Origin: the human T2T-CHM13v2.0 reference genome, Homo sapiens | NCBI RefSeq assembly: GCF_009914755.1 | Contig: NC_060948.1 | Length of the DNA stretch: 64,000 nt | Reading direction: 5' to 3' (one strand) | Shown: positions 1-13,360 of the stretch, in pieces | Layout: every line of letters begins with the position of its first letter | Numbering within the stretch: the first letter of the stretch is position 1 | Made by a program: the position numbers and the translations under genes | The notes under the pieces: model-generated | The model's input: only the letters and a program-made list of their open reading frames with translations | Databases searched by the model: none | Told to the model about the DNA's origin: nothing

Positions 1-809
1 TTTAGCTTAACAAGCACAACATGTTTAAGAAAGAAAATATAAAATTGCCTTCATCTGCTCCCAAGCTATTTGTGAACAATCTAGAAGATATTTAAATATA
101 AAGCAGTATTGAAAGAACTGTTTTTCTTAAAAAAGAGTAACACACATCAGCTTCAGAAAATGTGTTTTTCCATAGCACAATGTGAGAAATAGGCAAATTT
201 GAGGATAGTAAAAAAGAAAAACACTTTCTTCCTTATTCTGAGTATGTCTTTTATGCCAAAGGGAATCTTCGTTATCTAGGGGACTATTGATGGATTCACT
301 TAAAGGACAACCCTTCATCGGCTAACTTAATTCAACAAATGCTCTCCGAGTTAAGATGTGGAATTACATCGTGTCACTCCAAAACATTTATTTACTTTTG
401 ATAAAAGCAGATCTAGTCATCACTGTCTTCTAATTTTTGACTATGAAATTGTAAAATTCTCCATAAGAGCAATCCTTCATTTTACTATATTTCTCCTTGC
501 ATATTTTTATATAATCAAGATTATTGTGAGGATGAATCCTCCTCATGACTAATGGTGGAGACTTAAAGGGGAAAAAAAATTAAAACTTGGCTGGTAGATT
601 CAAGTGTTCATGTAAGTGACCAGATGAGGAAGTTTTGGGGTCATGTTGTCTGAGTTCTGCATCTGTGAGAGATGGTAAGGCCAATTATAGCAGATCCCAG
701 ATGCTATAGGCTCTATGTAGTTGCAAACGTTGCTTGCAGTACAAAAGTACCTCAAACCTTCTTTGGGACGAGGGTGAAAGATACTCCTTAAGCTTCTTCC
801 CTTTTTAAA

Positions 810-1065
810 CCAAAAAATATCTGAGTCATGTCTCAATCAGTTTACACGTTTATTTTGCCAAGGTTGAGGACCATTTTCCATGACACAGCCTCAAGAGGTC
901 CTGAGAACATGTGCCCAAGGTGGCTGGGTTACAGCTTGCTTTTGTACATTTTAGGAAGATAGAAGTTACAGGCAAAGACATAAATCAATACATGGAAGGT
1001 GGACATTGGTTCAGCCTGGAAAGGTAGCATATCTCAAATTCAGGGCTTCCAGGTCACAGGTGGAT
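810..1065 (-). mobile_element. MER4-family ERV1 LTR fragment
   Basis: Contains TTTATTTTGCCAAGGTTGAGG...GACACAGCCTCAAGAGGTCCTGAGAACATGTGCCCAAGGTGG...CATTGGTTCAGCCTGGAAAGG, which matches my recall of the reverse strand of MER4-group LTRs. It ends abruptly at an Alu. Confidence 0.7.
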
Positions 1066-1339
1066 TCTCATTCTGTCTCCCAGGCTGGAGTGCAGTGGCA
1101 CAATCTCAGTTCACTGCCACCTCTGCCTCCTGGGCTCAAGAATCCTCCCACCTCAACCTCCTAAGTAGCTGGGACTAAAGGTGTGCCATCATGCCAGGCT
1201 AATTTTTGTATTTTTTTGTGGAAATGGGGTTTCATCATATTGCCCAGACTGTTCTCAAACTCCTGGGCTCAAGTAATCCTCCACCTGCATCAGCCTTCCA
1301 AAGCGTTAAGATTACAGGCGGGAGCCAATGTACCCAGCC
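1066..1339 (-). mobile_element. AluJ, poly-A tail missing
   Basis: CCCAGGCTGGAGTGCAGTGG...TCCTGGGCTCAAG (J-type) in both arms. Confidence 0.9.
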
Positions 1340-1344
1340 ATACA

Positions 1345-2200
1345 TTATAATTTTTTAACATTTCCAGTGCTCTTCACTCATTTCTAAAGATCTATGTGTC
1401 TATCTGGCATACTTTTTCCAACCAAAAACACCTTCATTTGCCATTTTTCTTACTGTAAAGTTTTGGCAAAAACAAACTCTCTTAGCTTTTTTTCTCTGAA
1501 TTTAATTTTTGTAGATTTTTTTTTCCTTTCAGTCTTTTAGAGTTATTTCACTATCTACTGTCCTTCATAGTTTCTTATGAGAAAGTAGCTATTAATCAAA
1601 TATTTGTTCCTTCATATGTATGGCCTTTCTTTCTTTCTTTCTTTTCTTTCTTTCTTTCTTTCTTTTTCTTTCTTTTCTTTCTCTTGTTTGTTTACATTTT
1701 AAATTTAGATTTGCTTATCTTTGGCTTTAAACAGTTGGACTATGATATACCTTGGCATGGATTTCTTTGTTTTATTTTTCTTGGTGTTTGCTGAGCCTCT
1801 TGGATTTCTAAAACTTATGTGTTATATCATATTTTAAGAAAATCCACCCTTATTTCTTTAAATATTGTTTCTTTTTCCCATTTTCTCTCTCTATTCATGG
1901 AACTCTAAGTGCATGTATTCTAGACTGATATTATCTAACAGGTCTCTGAGTTTATGCTCACTTATTTCCTCTTTTTTTTTTCTTTATGTGTAACAACATC
2001 TTGTTATCTACCCTCAAGTTCTCTTCATCTTGTCTTCCTTTCTTTCTTATTTTCATTATTTTGTTAAGGCTTTTTTTTTTCCTTTTGAGAATATTTTCTA
2101 TTTTCTTGCCTGTTTGTTGGATAATGCTGGATTGTATGATGAACATTAAAAATATGTGGGCATTTGATATTTTATTATCTTTAAATAATGTCGGTTATAT
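1345..2200 (-). mobile_element. Old L1M fragment (ORF1 region)
   Basis: T-rich sequence with L1M ORF1 antisense motifs (GTTTCTTATGAGAAAGTAGCT, TTGGACTATGATATACCTTGGCATGG, TTTGCTGAGCCTCTTGGAT). Confidence 0.6.
1625..1684. repeat. (CTTT)n low-complexity microsatellite
   Basis: Read directly from the sequence. Confidence 0.9.
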
Positions 2201-2361
2201 TGTTTGGACAGGAAAGGGGCAGCTCAAATCTCAGTTCAGATTCTTTCTCTTTAGCTGACCTCTTTTGTCTGCATCACACATACATAGGTCATAGATTAGT
2301 CATAAATATGGGTAGAAAGAATTATGGACCCCATTTTTGGCTCTTTCCCTTCTAGAATTTC

Positions 2362-2636
2362 TTTTTTTTTTTTTTTTTAGTGGAGTTTCACTCTTGTTGC
2401 CCAGGCTGGAGTGTAGTGGTGTGATCTAGGCAGGTTCAAGTGATTCTCCTGCCTGACTCCAGAGTAGCTGGGATTACAGGCACCTGCCACCACGCCTGGC
2501 TGATTTTTATATTTTTAGTAGAGACGGGGTTTCACCATGTTGGCCAGGCTGGTCTCGAACTCCTGACCTCAGGTGATCCGCCTGCCTTGGCCTCCCAAAG
2601 TCCTGAGATTACAGGCGTGAGCCACCGCACCTGGCC
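2362..2636 (-). mobile_element. AluS (Sq/Sx-like) with a small internal deletion
   Basis: Poly-T, CTCTTGTTGCCCAGGCTGG, CTCAGGTGATCCGCC. About 20 bp (CTCACTGCAACCTCC...) are missing near 2430. Confidence 0.92.
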
Positions 2637-3781
2637 TCACCATTGTCTTGTCTCTGTAGTTTCTTCACCTCCAGTTTTCTTGTTCCATAGACCAGAAAGA
2701 CATTTATTCACTGGTGTCCTACACAGACCTACAACCCATGACAGCTCTGTCTGTCCTCAGGCTAGAAGACAAAAAATGAGAATTCACTTCATAAAATTTT
2801 TCTTTTCAAAGCATAGACTCCCAACCAGGTTGACCTCCTCCTGCTCACTTTTCAAGGAATTTTTGGTAACTCTTCTGTGTATTGTGTCCAAAGTTTATAA
2901 GTACTATCAATAAGAGGACCAATCTCATAAGAACTTAATGTATTATTACCAGAAGATAATGACATATTTATTTTGTAATTTCTCTTTTAATATAACACTA
3001 AAAATGATGTGAATCTCTCTCTCAATTGATAATGACCCATTTCTCCACATCTCACTATGATATGGCTTTCCTTGATCACATGACATTCATTGATTTCGTC
3101 ATTAGTCTAATAAGTGAGAACTGCAAGAAGATAGATTTTAACTAAATATATTTTATACCTACAAAAGATTCTATACTCTCAAAATATAAAATGAACTGCC
3201 TTGGAAGGCATTATGTTTATTCATATCTGTATTATTCAAAAACATTTACTGAGTGTGTATTATGAGGATGACACAGTGTTTAAGCAGAAATTAACCTTAA
3301 AATGTGAAAATATACATAGGATACGTTTGATTATCAACAATATAATCTAACAAGGCACTCTATTATCTATAAGCAATCCTGAAAATTTGTAAATGAAAGA
3401 AAAATCAAGTTAAAACTCCACAGTTCTCCAAGATTTTTCATTCATTATAAGTAATCTTGGCCAAACATTGAGGTGCTAGTCCTTTACAACACTTATAAAA
3501 ATCAACCTCATTCATGGATTTTGTGAAGTTTGTTGAAATACTGTAATAGTGAGAGATTGGTTTACATCTAGGGTGATATTTGCTGGGTCTGGAAAGTTAA
3601 AGTGAGAATGATCTGATTGGTTAATTTCTATGACATGGATCTAAACTAAAATAAGATGCATACTTAATGATAGAAACTTATGATATAATGCCCTTATCTA
3701 AACATTATGTGCCAAGTGCCTTTAACATTCTGTGATATTTTAATTTTGTATAATTTGTATGAAAAATATGTTGGACATAAG

Positions 3782-3788
<7 letters not shown>

Positions 3789-3820
<32 letters not shown>

Positions 3821-3847
3821 AATACACACACACACATATATGTATAT
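3789..3847. repeat. Compound (TA)n/(CA)n microsatellite
   Basis: Read directly from the sequence. Confidence 0.95.
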
Positions 3848-4743
3848 GTTTGCTTATGTTATTTGTTAATGAGTGCTTTTACCTACACATAATAGAGAAT
3901 GCACTACCTCAGTGTTTTCTATGTTTTATAAATCATATTCAATTATAAGAAGAATGGTTTTAGTAAAAAAATCAACATAACGATTTAGGTTCTATGATTA
4001 AAATGTGATCAAGTTAGCAATTAGTCCTTAAATATAAGCTAACATACACAAAAATAAAACAAATAATAGACTTTAGAATATTTTTGTTACAATGTTCTTA
4101 ACATGCTTAGTATAAACATTTTAAAAAATGAAGAATATGATGTAAAATGTAAATATATATTTCCCTTATTCTAAATTGCACTTCCTAGATGAAACCACTA
4201 CTAGCAATATTGTTGTATATTATTATGGACTCTTTTGATATATAAAGTCATATTTGTTTTAAAGAAAAATAATTCAGTTTATAGTTTTTAATTAGTTATT
4301 AATTCAGTAATATTTATCTAGTCTGTTTTAATATCAATTTATTTATTTTAATTGTGGCATGGTATTTTTTTCTTTTTACTTCTAATTTTTTCCCTTTTAG
4401 AGCAATGTTTAGTAAATATAACTGCATATTTACCTTTGCATATTTATGCATTTCTGTAGAAATGCTACAGCAAAGTATAAATGTTTTAAACATTTTGATA
4501 CATAGTGCCAAGTTTTACTTCCAAATATTCTATTAAATTACTTCCCCACAAAGTGTGCATGCTAAATACATTAACTCACAGAATTTTAGAAACATAAGCT
4601 ATTATCAGTTCATTTAAAATCTCCTAACTTATAGATGAAATGATATCTTAGATGAGATTGGGTGCATTTGATTTGGGGTGATAAGGCCATAGACCAAACT
4701 TGTTATTTCATTGTAATTTTGTGTCCGTGTGTGTATGTGTTCA

Positions 4744-7120
4744 TTTTTATTTATTTTTTTATTTCAATAGTTTTTGGGGCACAGATGTTGTTTGCTTACA
4801 TAGATAAGTTCCTTAGTGGTGATTTCTGAGAGTTTGATGCACCCATCATCTAAGCAGTGTACACTGTACCTAATATGTAGTCTTTTATCCCTCGCCCGCT
4901 CCTACCCTTGCCCCCAAGTACCAAAAGTTCATAATATCATTCTAATGCCCTTGCATCCTCATAGCTTAGCCCCCACTTGTGACTGAAATCACAGGATATT
5001 TGTTTTTCCATTCCTGAGTTATTACACTTAGAATAGTGGTCTCCAACTCCATCCAGGTTGCTGTGAATGCCATTATTTCATTTATTTTTATGGCAAAGTA
5101 GTATTCCATGTTGCATATGTATACCACATTTCCTTTATCCACTTGCTAGTTGATGGGCATTTAGGCTGATTCCATATTTTTGCAATTGCAAATTGTGCTG
5201 CTATAAACATGTGGATACAAGTGTCTTTTTCATATAATCACTTTTTTTCTTCTGGGTAGATACACAGTAGTGGGGTTGCTGGATCAAATGGCAGTTCTAC
5301 TTTTAGTTCTTTAAGGAATCCCCATACTGTTTGCTGTAGTGGCGGTACTAGTTTACATTCCCACCAGTATTGTAAAAGTATTCCCTTTTAATCACATCCA
5401 TGCCAACAGCTATTATTTTTTTATTTTTAAATTATGGCCATTATTGCAGGTGTAAGGTGATATCTTATGGTGCTTTTGATTTGCATTTACTGATCATTAG
5501 TGATGTTCAGCAATTTTTATATGTTTGTTGGCCATTTGTATGTCTTCTTTTGAGAAATCCCTATTCATGCTCTTTGCCCAATTTTGAAGGGGCTATTTGT
5601 TTTTTTCTTGATGATTTGTTTGAGTTCCTTGTAGATTCTGGATATTAGTACTTCGTTGCATAATTTGTGAATATACTCCCCCCCTCTGTGGGATGTTTGT
5701 ATACTCTGCTGATCATTTATTTTGCTGTACATAAGCTTTTTAGTTTAATCAATTCTCATCTATTTATCTTTGCTTTTGTTGCATTTGCTTTTGGGTTCTT
5801 CGTCATAAATTCTTTTCATAAGCCAACATCTAGAAGAGTTTTTCTGATGTTGTCCTCTAGAACTTTTATGGCTTCAGGTCTTAGATTTAAGTCTTTGATC
5901 CATCTCTAGTTGATTTTTGCATAAGGTGAGAGAGGAGGATCCAGTTTCATTCTTCTACATGTGGTTTGACAATTATCCCAGCACCATTTGTTGAATAGGG
6001 TGCCCTTTCCCCACTTTACGTTTTTGTTTGCTTTGTCAAAGATCAGTTGGCTATTAGTATTTGGCTTTATTTCTGGGTTCCCTATTCTGTTTTAATTGTC
6101 TATGTGCCTGTTTTTATACCAGTACCTTGCTGTTTTGGTAACTATAGCCTTATAGTATAGTTTGAAGTCACATAATGTCATGCCTCCAGATTTGTTCTTT
6201 TTACTTAGTCTTGCTGTTGTCATACAGGCTTTTTTTGTTCCATATTAACTTTAGGATTTTTTTTTTTAGTTCTGTGAAGAATGCTGGTGGTATTTTGATG
6301 GGAACTGCATTGAATTTGGGGATTACTTTTGGCAGTATGTTTATTTTCACAATATTGATTGTACCCATCCATGAGTGTGGGATGTGTTTCTATTTGTTTG
6401 TGTTGTCTATGATTTCTTTCAGCAGTGCTTTGTAGTTTTCCTCGTAGAGGTCTTTCCCGCCTGGGTTAGGTATATTTCTAAGTATTTATTTATTTTTTTT
6501 AGCTGTCATAAAAGTGATTGAGTTCTTGATTTGATTCTCAGTGTGGTCACTGTTGGTGTATAGCAGTGCTACTGATTTGTGTACATTTATATTGTATCCT
6601 TGGCCCAGGCTACATACTTCCCTGCTGATAAAGCAAGCAAGTTTCTAGGCCTCACCCCTTCCAGCCTGCCCACATTTTCAGCCACAGCTCCTGCACTCCT
6701 TTCGGTAGCAGTTCTTGTTCACCCCTTGGATTCTGCTCAAAAGAGTTTGCACCTTGTTGAATTTATTACAAAATTTAGTTGGAAACTTCTTTCACCCTGT
6801 AACCATTTCCAAATTCCATCGGCTGCCTTCCCCAAAGATACTTGTGAGATATAGTCAGAGATGGCTTCCCTGGGCTCAAGCTGGAAATGGGAGTGCCTAC
6901 AGGGCTCTTCTTGCTGTTGCTTCTACTTTCATATTTCACACTAAATCCATTTCGGCTTTAGGTAAGGTTAAATCCTCCTGTAATCTGGATTTTCAGGTTC
7001 CCAGTGGGGATGTGTTTTGGAGGTAGGTTTTCCCCCTTTTATAGTTTGGGAACTCAAAGTTTTTTGCCTGTCTCACAGAATTTTCAGCAGTGTGCCACTT
7101 CTTTCAAAGGATCTGTGAAT
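4744..7120 (-). mobile_element. L1PB-type element: 3'UTR plus ORF2 C-terminal part (4744-6600) joined directly to 5'UTR sequence (6601-7120)
   Basis: L1PB-type 3' end (TTTCAATAGTTTTTGGGG...GATAAGTTCCTTAGTGGTGATTTCTGAG) and continuous ORF2 antisense sequence up to GTATCCT at 6600. L1PB 5'UTR-like motifs follow (GGTAAGGTTAAATCC, TTCAAAGGATCTGTGAAT). Confidence 0.82.
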
Positions 7121-7235
7121 GCATTGTATGTTTTTAAGCATTCAATATATTATGAATATTTTATATTAATTGAGTAGCTGTATTTCTTCTGTGAATTGCA
7201 TGTTTATATCTTTTTCCCATTTCCAGATTTTTGGT

Positions 7236-7552
7236 TTTTATTTTTTTCTCTTTTTTTTGAGACAGGGTCTTGCTCTGTCACCTAGGCTGGAGTGGAGTGG
7301 TGAGGTCATAGCTCATAGCTCACTGCAGCCTCAACCTCCTTAGCTGAAGCAATCCTCCCACCTCGGCTTCCCAAGCAGCTGGGACTACGGCAAGTGCCAC
7401 TTCACCTGGATAATTTTATTTATTTATTTATTGTTGAGACATGGTCTCACTAAGTTGCCCAGGCTGGTCTTGAACTTCTGGGCTCAAGCAATCCTCCCGC
7501 CTTCGGCCTCCCAAAGTGTTAGAATTACAGGCATGAGCCACGACACCTGGCC
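7236..7552 (-). mobile_element. AluJ
   Basis: GAGACAGGGTCTTGCTCTGTC, ATAGCTCACTGCAGCCTC, CTGGGCTCAAGCAATCC. Small TAGCTCA duplication. Confidence 0.92.
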
Positions 7553-7870
7553 TATTATTAATTTTTATAGATTTATGTAAGCAAGGATGTTACCCATTTC
7601 TCTATTATTTACATGATATTATCTATTTTTGAATTTATGTTTTTATTTTTTGTTTACTTTCCGTACATTTTAAGCTTTAGTAATCATCCAATCTATCAAT
7701 TTTTTAAAAATAATTTCTGAGTGCTGTATCATGGTGAGAAAGGTATTCTCCAAACTATCATTATTGGAAAAAAATTGACCATATTTTCTGCAATTGCTTT
7801 TATGACATCAGTTTTATATTTATATGGTTAATCTATATCAATTAAGTTTTGTTTAATTGTGGTGAGTAAG

Positions 7871-8340
7871 TATAGTGGGCAGTATGGCTCCTCCTAAGAT
7901 GCCCATGCCACAATCCCTGGAACCTATTATTATGTTAGGTTATATGGCAGAAAGGATTTTGCAGATGTAATTAACGTTACAAACCTTAGGATAGGAAAAG
8001 TGTCTGGATCATTAGATAGGGCCAATCTACCATCCAGGAGGTAGGGATGGCCCCCATCAGGCAGCCAGCAAGAAAATTCTACCTCAGTCCTAAAGGGGCA
8101 AGAAACTATATTCTGCCACTTATCTGAATGTGCTTGGAAGCAGATAATTCCCAGGGACTCCCAGTAAGATCCCAGCAGGCTAACACCTTGATTTCTCTGT
8201 TGTAAGACCCAAAGCTGTTAACCTAGCTGAGCCTGCCAGATTTCTGATCTATAGAAATAAAGAAATGTGAGATAAAACATAGATGTTGTTTTGAGCTACT
8301 AAATTTGTAGTGATTTCTTATGGCAACAATGAAAATTAAG
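7871..8340 (+). mobile_element. MaLR LTR (MLT1D/E-like)
   Basis: ATCCCTGGAACC...TATGTTA...ATGGCAGAAAGGATTTTGCAGATGTAATTAA and the 3' end CTACTAAATTTGTAGTGATTT...GGCAACAA. Confidence 0.75.
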
Positions 8341-11300
8341 ATGATATGTTTAATTTTTTTCTTATCCATATAGGGAAAAAAAAATCCCAAAACTGCATTA
8401 ATTAGGGTTTCCCTGTTTTATTTTAAATATGATGTATTACACTTTTTGATGGAAAAGAAAACTTCAGCCAAAGCCATCTTGGAGTAAGATGTGAAGTTAA
8501 GTTCTGAGCCCACATACTGAATATAATTATGAAATGATAGTAAAGGAATTGTGACTGGAAAGTAATGTCTATATAATATTCATACATCTTTTTGTTCTTT
8601 TGTCATCAGTGCATATAAAATCCTTCACACCTGATGCCGCAGATGCTTAATAGGCAAGCAACTCTCCCCAACTGAAGCGATGCTGTACAAAACAGAAGGG
8701 CTAACACAAATCAGGGTTTGAAGTGTATTGAAGTAAAATCTATTCTCCAATTAACAAGCAATGTTGCGTTTAAATACATAAATGAATTATAAAATTATAA
8801 AATTTTGACAAACATTCTGAGAAGGATGTATTTGTAGACACTTGGGAAATCATCATGCCATTTTTAGGCTGAAGAAAATGACTGATTTATGTGTATTGTA
8901 TAACCATTATTTTTTGTATAAAACAAAATAATCTAGAAATAATTTTTGCTCAAATAGAAACAATAATGATGTCACTAATAAAATGTTCGTAAGTTGTGTC
9001 TTAGAAACCAAATATTTCAATCTTTGATACACATTAAGCAAATGATTTCTTTAAACCATAGAGTCATTGAAAATTTAATGAGTGTCATGAAATTCCAACC
9101 TTACACATGTCAAATAGTTTTGTGGAATAAGAAGTAGAAATGAGTAATTAAATACATGCATATAAACTAGGTCACCCTCTCATAAGACCTGATCTTTATA
9201 GGCTGACAATTGTATATAAGAATATGAATATACTGGTAGAATTCTGATTCAAGTTTTAACTAACTTCTGTGTATCTCATACACTCTTTCCAGTTTAAAGC
9301 ATTCATGTCCTATTAATTCAGGTACATTGCCTCTTCAGAGTGCTCAAATAGACTTTGCTGAATAAATACTTATTATAAAGAAAAGCTTTTCAACCCACCC
9401 ACTTATTGTCATAAAGGCAGAAATAGTTATTTAACTGGATTTGCCTTTTTTAACCAATTATGTTTTGTAAAAGTTATGAACATATACCGTAATTTTACTT
9501 TTATTATTTGTTTGCCAATGCCATTGTAGTTGAACATCTTTCTTGTCTCCTTCAAAAGTGAGATGTGAAATTTCTCTCAACTTGAGATTAAAGGCATCAA
9601 AGTAACCTGATGTTTAAAGATTTCTTTCTTTGGATTTGAACAAAGTCTGTTCTATTCCTTAAAAAAGAATTCTCAATGATGCCAAACCTTTTTCTGTATT
9701 CAAACTTGTGCTGAGGATGACATTGGTTCTGTGAAATAAATTCCCAGCTTTCATATATGACAGCTAGTTTAATGCAGAGCAAAACAACTACCATCATTCA
9801 CATTTTGTTCCTAAGTGTAGTGGTAAAAATGTTCAGTGACAAAACCATATTAGAGAAATATACAATTTTATTGATGGATATTACAGAGGATATTAAAGAA
9901 ATATATGCATCTATTTCTCACCTAAAATTAGACCTTTTTTAAAAAACTTACTTTGTTGCATTTTACCTAATTCTCATATACTCTTATTAATAGCTCAGAC
10001 ACTTTTCATGCATAAAAAAATCCATTTAATTTCTAAATGAAGGGAAGAACAGTTAAAAGAGTAGTCAAACATGGCAGGATATTGTTAAAAAGCTATCATA
10101 TTTTCAGATACATCTGCCACTGTCGAGGGAGCAATGTCCTGCAAGATAAGCAAATTACTAAAGGTATGTGATAACCAGCAAAAAGAGACATTTAAAATGA
10201 AATTTTTAATTAGTTTTATAGACAGAGCTAAGTCACTTTCTCTTATATGAAGTAGATTTTAAAACATAATTATCCATGAAAATATGATTATTTAAAAATA
10301 TTTTATGCACTTTCTTAATCATCTCCAAATATTTTATTATTTTTCCATGAATATTCTATGAAGTACTAAAGAATATTGCAATGTAGAGATCTTTCAAAAT
10401 TCTGAGGCTCACAAATATATTGTAATGCATAAGATTTAACTGAGAGAAAGCAGAAGCAAAATTATAATATTTGTATAGTTAACACAATATTTCAAAATAT
10501 ATTAATTATATTTTAAGTTATATAAATGGAAAAAGGAATATTTTTTTATTTGAACATCTTAAGAGCTGCTTAAAATTATTCCCTCAAAAGCATAGATTTA
10601 AACATTTTATTCTGCCACTGATTAATCTTTAATGATATCTCAGTTATGACCAACAGTAACAGAAGAGCTATTTTAACAGATTCTACAGTAAACTCGGCAA
10701 TGCTTGTAGGCTGGAAGTATGCAGCTCAGCCTTCATGGCTTATAGACTATTGCATTGTGGCTGCAGCAAAATTAGTATCTGCTTCCTAATGTGCCTACCT
10801 CTGTTGTTTAGACAACACTGATGAATTTGCTTCATCTGCAGAGCCTAAAAAGATAATTAAGTCTTTTATGTCCCTAGTGTCTCAGTGAAGTAATTCTGTC
10901 AGTATAGGATTATACTTCTTTTTACTGTTACAGAATTGCATGTTTACACTTAATCTTAAACGACAGGCTGAGCAGAAAGTTAGAAAACAGAGGAAGGTTG
11001 GTGAGATTGTGTACAATTGCTGGAATTCATTAGACATCGAGGCTTCATAATTTATATTTTGCTGTAAATTATGAATTTGTACATTTGTCTCATCATGTTA
11101 TAAGTCAAGATTGGACTCAAAACAGAATCACGGGAAAGAAAAATGTCTAAGTATCAAAAATATAACCTATCAGTGTTAGGGCATTATTACTAACTGCAGT
11201 GAAACATATGGTTTTTATAAGATAACTGTGTTAAACATGCTATGTGCAACTTAAGTCTTTAACAAGGTCTCCTTATCTTTTACTCCACCTATCCTGTATT

Positions 11301-12104
11301 CTCTCTTGGAGCTCTGATGAATGAAAAAGAGATTTATTAATATATACATTAACATTAATGCACAGCTAACTCAGTCATTAGTGTCATAGCTCAGGTTTTT
11401 GAAGAATTCAAGTGTAGCATCTTATCATGTTACCCAAATGAAGAGTAGAACAGAGCTATGCCAGCAGCAATTCTGATTATTTGGCTGTAAGAGTAGTTTT
11501 GTCACACATCTTTTGAAAGGTACTTAAAATGGTAAACCAACCTTTTCATCAATATCAAGCTTTCATGGATAGCATATTGTTTTGTAAGTTACCTTTTCCT
11601 GGTTTGATAATTAGAAAATGCTATTGAAGGTATACTTTTCCTTAGAATAATCACATTTGGCATAGATTATCTTCCTGTCATTTCTTGAAAAGATTGACAT
11701 GCCCTAATTTTACAAATAAAATTGTTTCATGTGTAATTCCAAAAGCTTTTACAATATAGCATAATTAAATAATAATTAGCTTATTGGTAATATGATCCTG
11801 ATAAAAATATTTACATCAGTATAAAATGTGTAGACCTTGCAATAGAACTAAGACTTAGAAAATGTATTTTAAATTGGTGCTTATCTTTGTGCTTATTGAA
11901 ACACTTATAAACTGATATGCAGTTAGCACCTGATAGTCTTCTACAGCAAATTTAAATTTTACATTTTCACAGATATAAACTGATTAGAAGGAATGTTAAG
12001 CTAGATCTGAATTTCTGTAAAGCAAGATAAGTATATATGGATATGTGTGTATAAATATTATATCTCTATAGGATTTATTATATTTGTAAATGTATCTCTT
12101 TGTC

Positions 12105-12400
12105 AGTAAATTGAGGATATTAAGTACCTACTATATGCTAAGCACTGTTCTGATACAAAGGACATATTAGGATCAAAGATGCAAATTCCCCAGCCTCATG
12201 GAGCTTAAATTTTAGTGGCAAAGTCAGAAAATAACCAAACAAATAATAGTATCATATCAGGTAGTGATAAGTCATATAAAACAATTAAATAAAAGGAATA
12301 AGTAAAGAATAAAAATGGCCATATTGTAGATAGGAAGTCTGTAGAAGGCTTCTATGAAGAGGTAATATTTGTATAGAGACTTCAGTAAAGTGAGGAAATT
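12105..12400 (-). mobile_element. L2 3' fragment
   Basis: TTAAGTACCTACTATATGCTAAGCACTGTTCT...GCCTCATGGAGCTTA...GAAGGCTTCTATGAAGAGGTAATATTTG. Confidence 0.7.
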
Positions 12401-12788
12401 ATACATAAGATAAAACAAATAAGAAACCAACCTACCACAGGGTTAGCCTGCACAATTCATGTTAATCTGCTTTGTCCATGATGGTTGATATGTATATAAG
12501 TGATGTCAAATATTTTATTCCCTTAGGAGGTTTAACTATTGTCTCTGCAATCTTGTTTGTGTATTCAAATTGTTGTAGGTTCTTTGTAATGATTAACAGA
12601 AGTCAAAAGAGAAGAAAAAGAAAACAAAACACAACCTAACATGTAATTAAATACTGTTTTCATTTAAATGCTTTTTATTTATCCTATATCAGATTATGGA
12701 AGCTTAAAGGAACCTTCAGGAATTTAGAGATTATTCTCTAGTCCACTCCCCCTCCTTTCATAGATGGTAGCTCAGGTAAATATGCGTG

Positions 12789-12802
12789 GTGTGTGTGTGT
12801 GT

Positions 12803-12833
<31 letters not shown>
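12789..12833. repeat. (GT)n microsatellite, one interruption
   Basis: Read directly from the sequence. Confidence 0.95.
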
Positions 12834-13134
12834 CTTGCCCATGTTTGAAAAAGAATACTACTTATTCTGGTCAATCTTTCCTTTTGATACTGCACATCAT
12901 GAAATTTATCTTAGTTTGCAGAATTGCTCTGAAATATAATTCAGTTTCTGTTTGTGGTTCTACAACGTTCCCACACTAATTAAAGAATAATCTCTTTTAG
13001 CAAAAGCCCAAACCTCCTTACTGTGATGAGTGCTTATTGGAAGCAGCATGTTATCTTTCACTCGGATAAATTGAATCCTTTGTCTAAATGGTAGATATCC
13101 ATGTTATAAGATCAGAAGTCGGCTTTCAAAGGGA

Positions 13135-13246
13135 TTTTTAATATATTTTTAATTGTTGTGGGTACACATCAGGGATATATATTTATGGGGTACATGAGAT
13201 GTTTTGATAGAAGCATGCAATGTGAAATAAGCATATCGTGGAGAAT
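13135..13246 (-). mobile_element. L1MA 3'-end fragment
   Basis: GTGGGTACAC...TATTTATGGGGTACATGAGATGTTTTGATA...CATGCAATGTGAAATAAGCA. Confidence 0.75.
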
Positions 13247-13360
13247 TTTGTTTCTTCTTATTTTCCTAGGAATATATTCTTCCTTGAGAGATGTCTCAGT
13301 TTTCCTAGTTATAAAGAGTTATTTTGTAAAAGGTTCCTATAGCATTACCATGTGACCTCA

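Noticed and set aside
127-552. Short ORFs and a slightly CpG-richer patch at the window start
   Set aside because: No recognisable protein and no convincing pair of splice sites.
2440-2913. 157-aa ORF and similar ORFs (42745-43116, 32230-32475, 63673-63927)
   Set aside because: They are translations of antisense Alu sequence ([19 protein letters not shown]-type), not genes.
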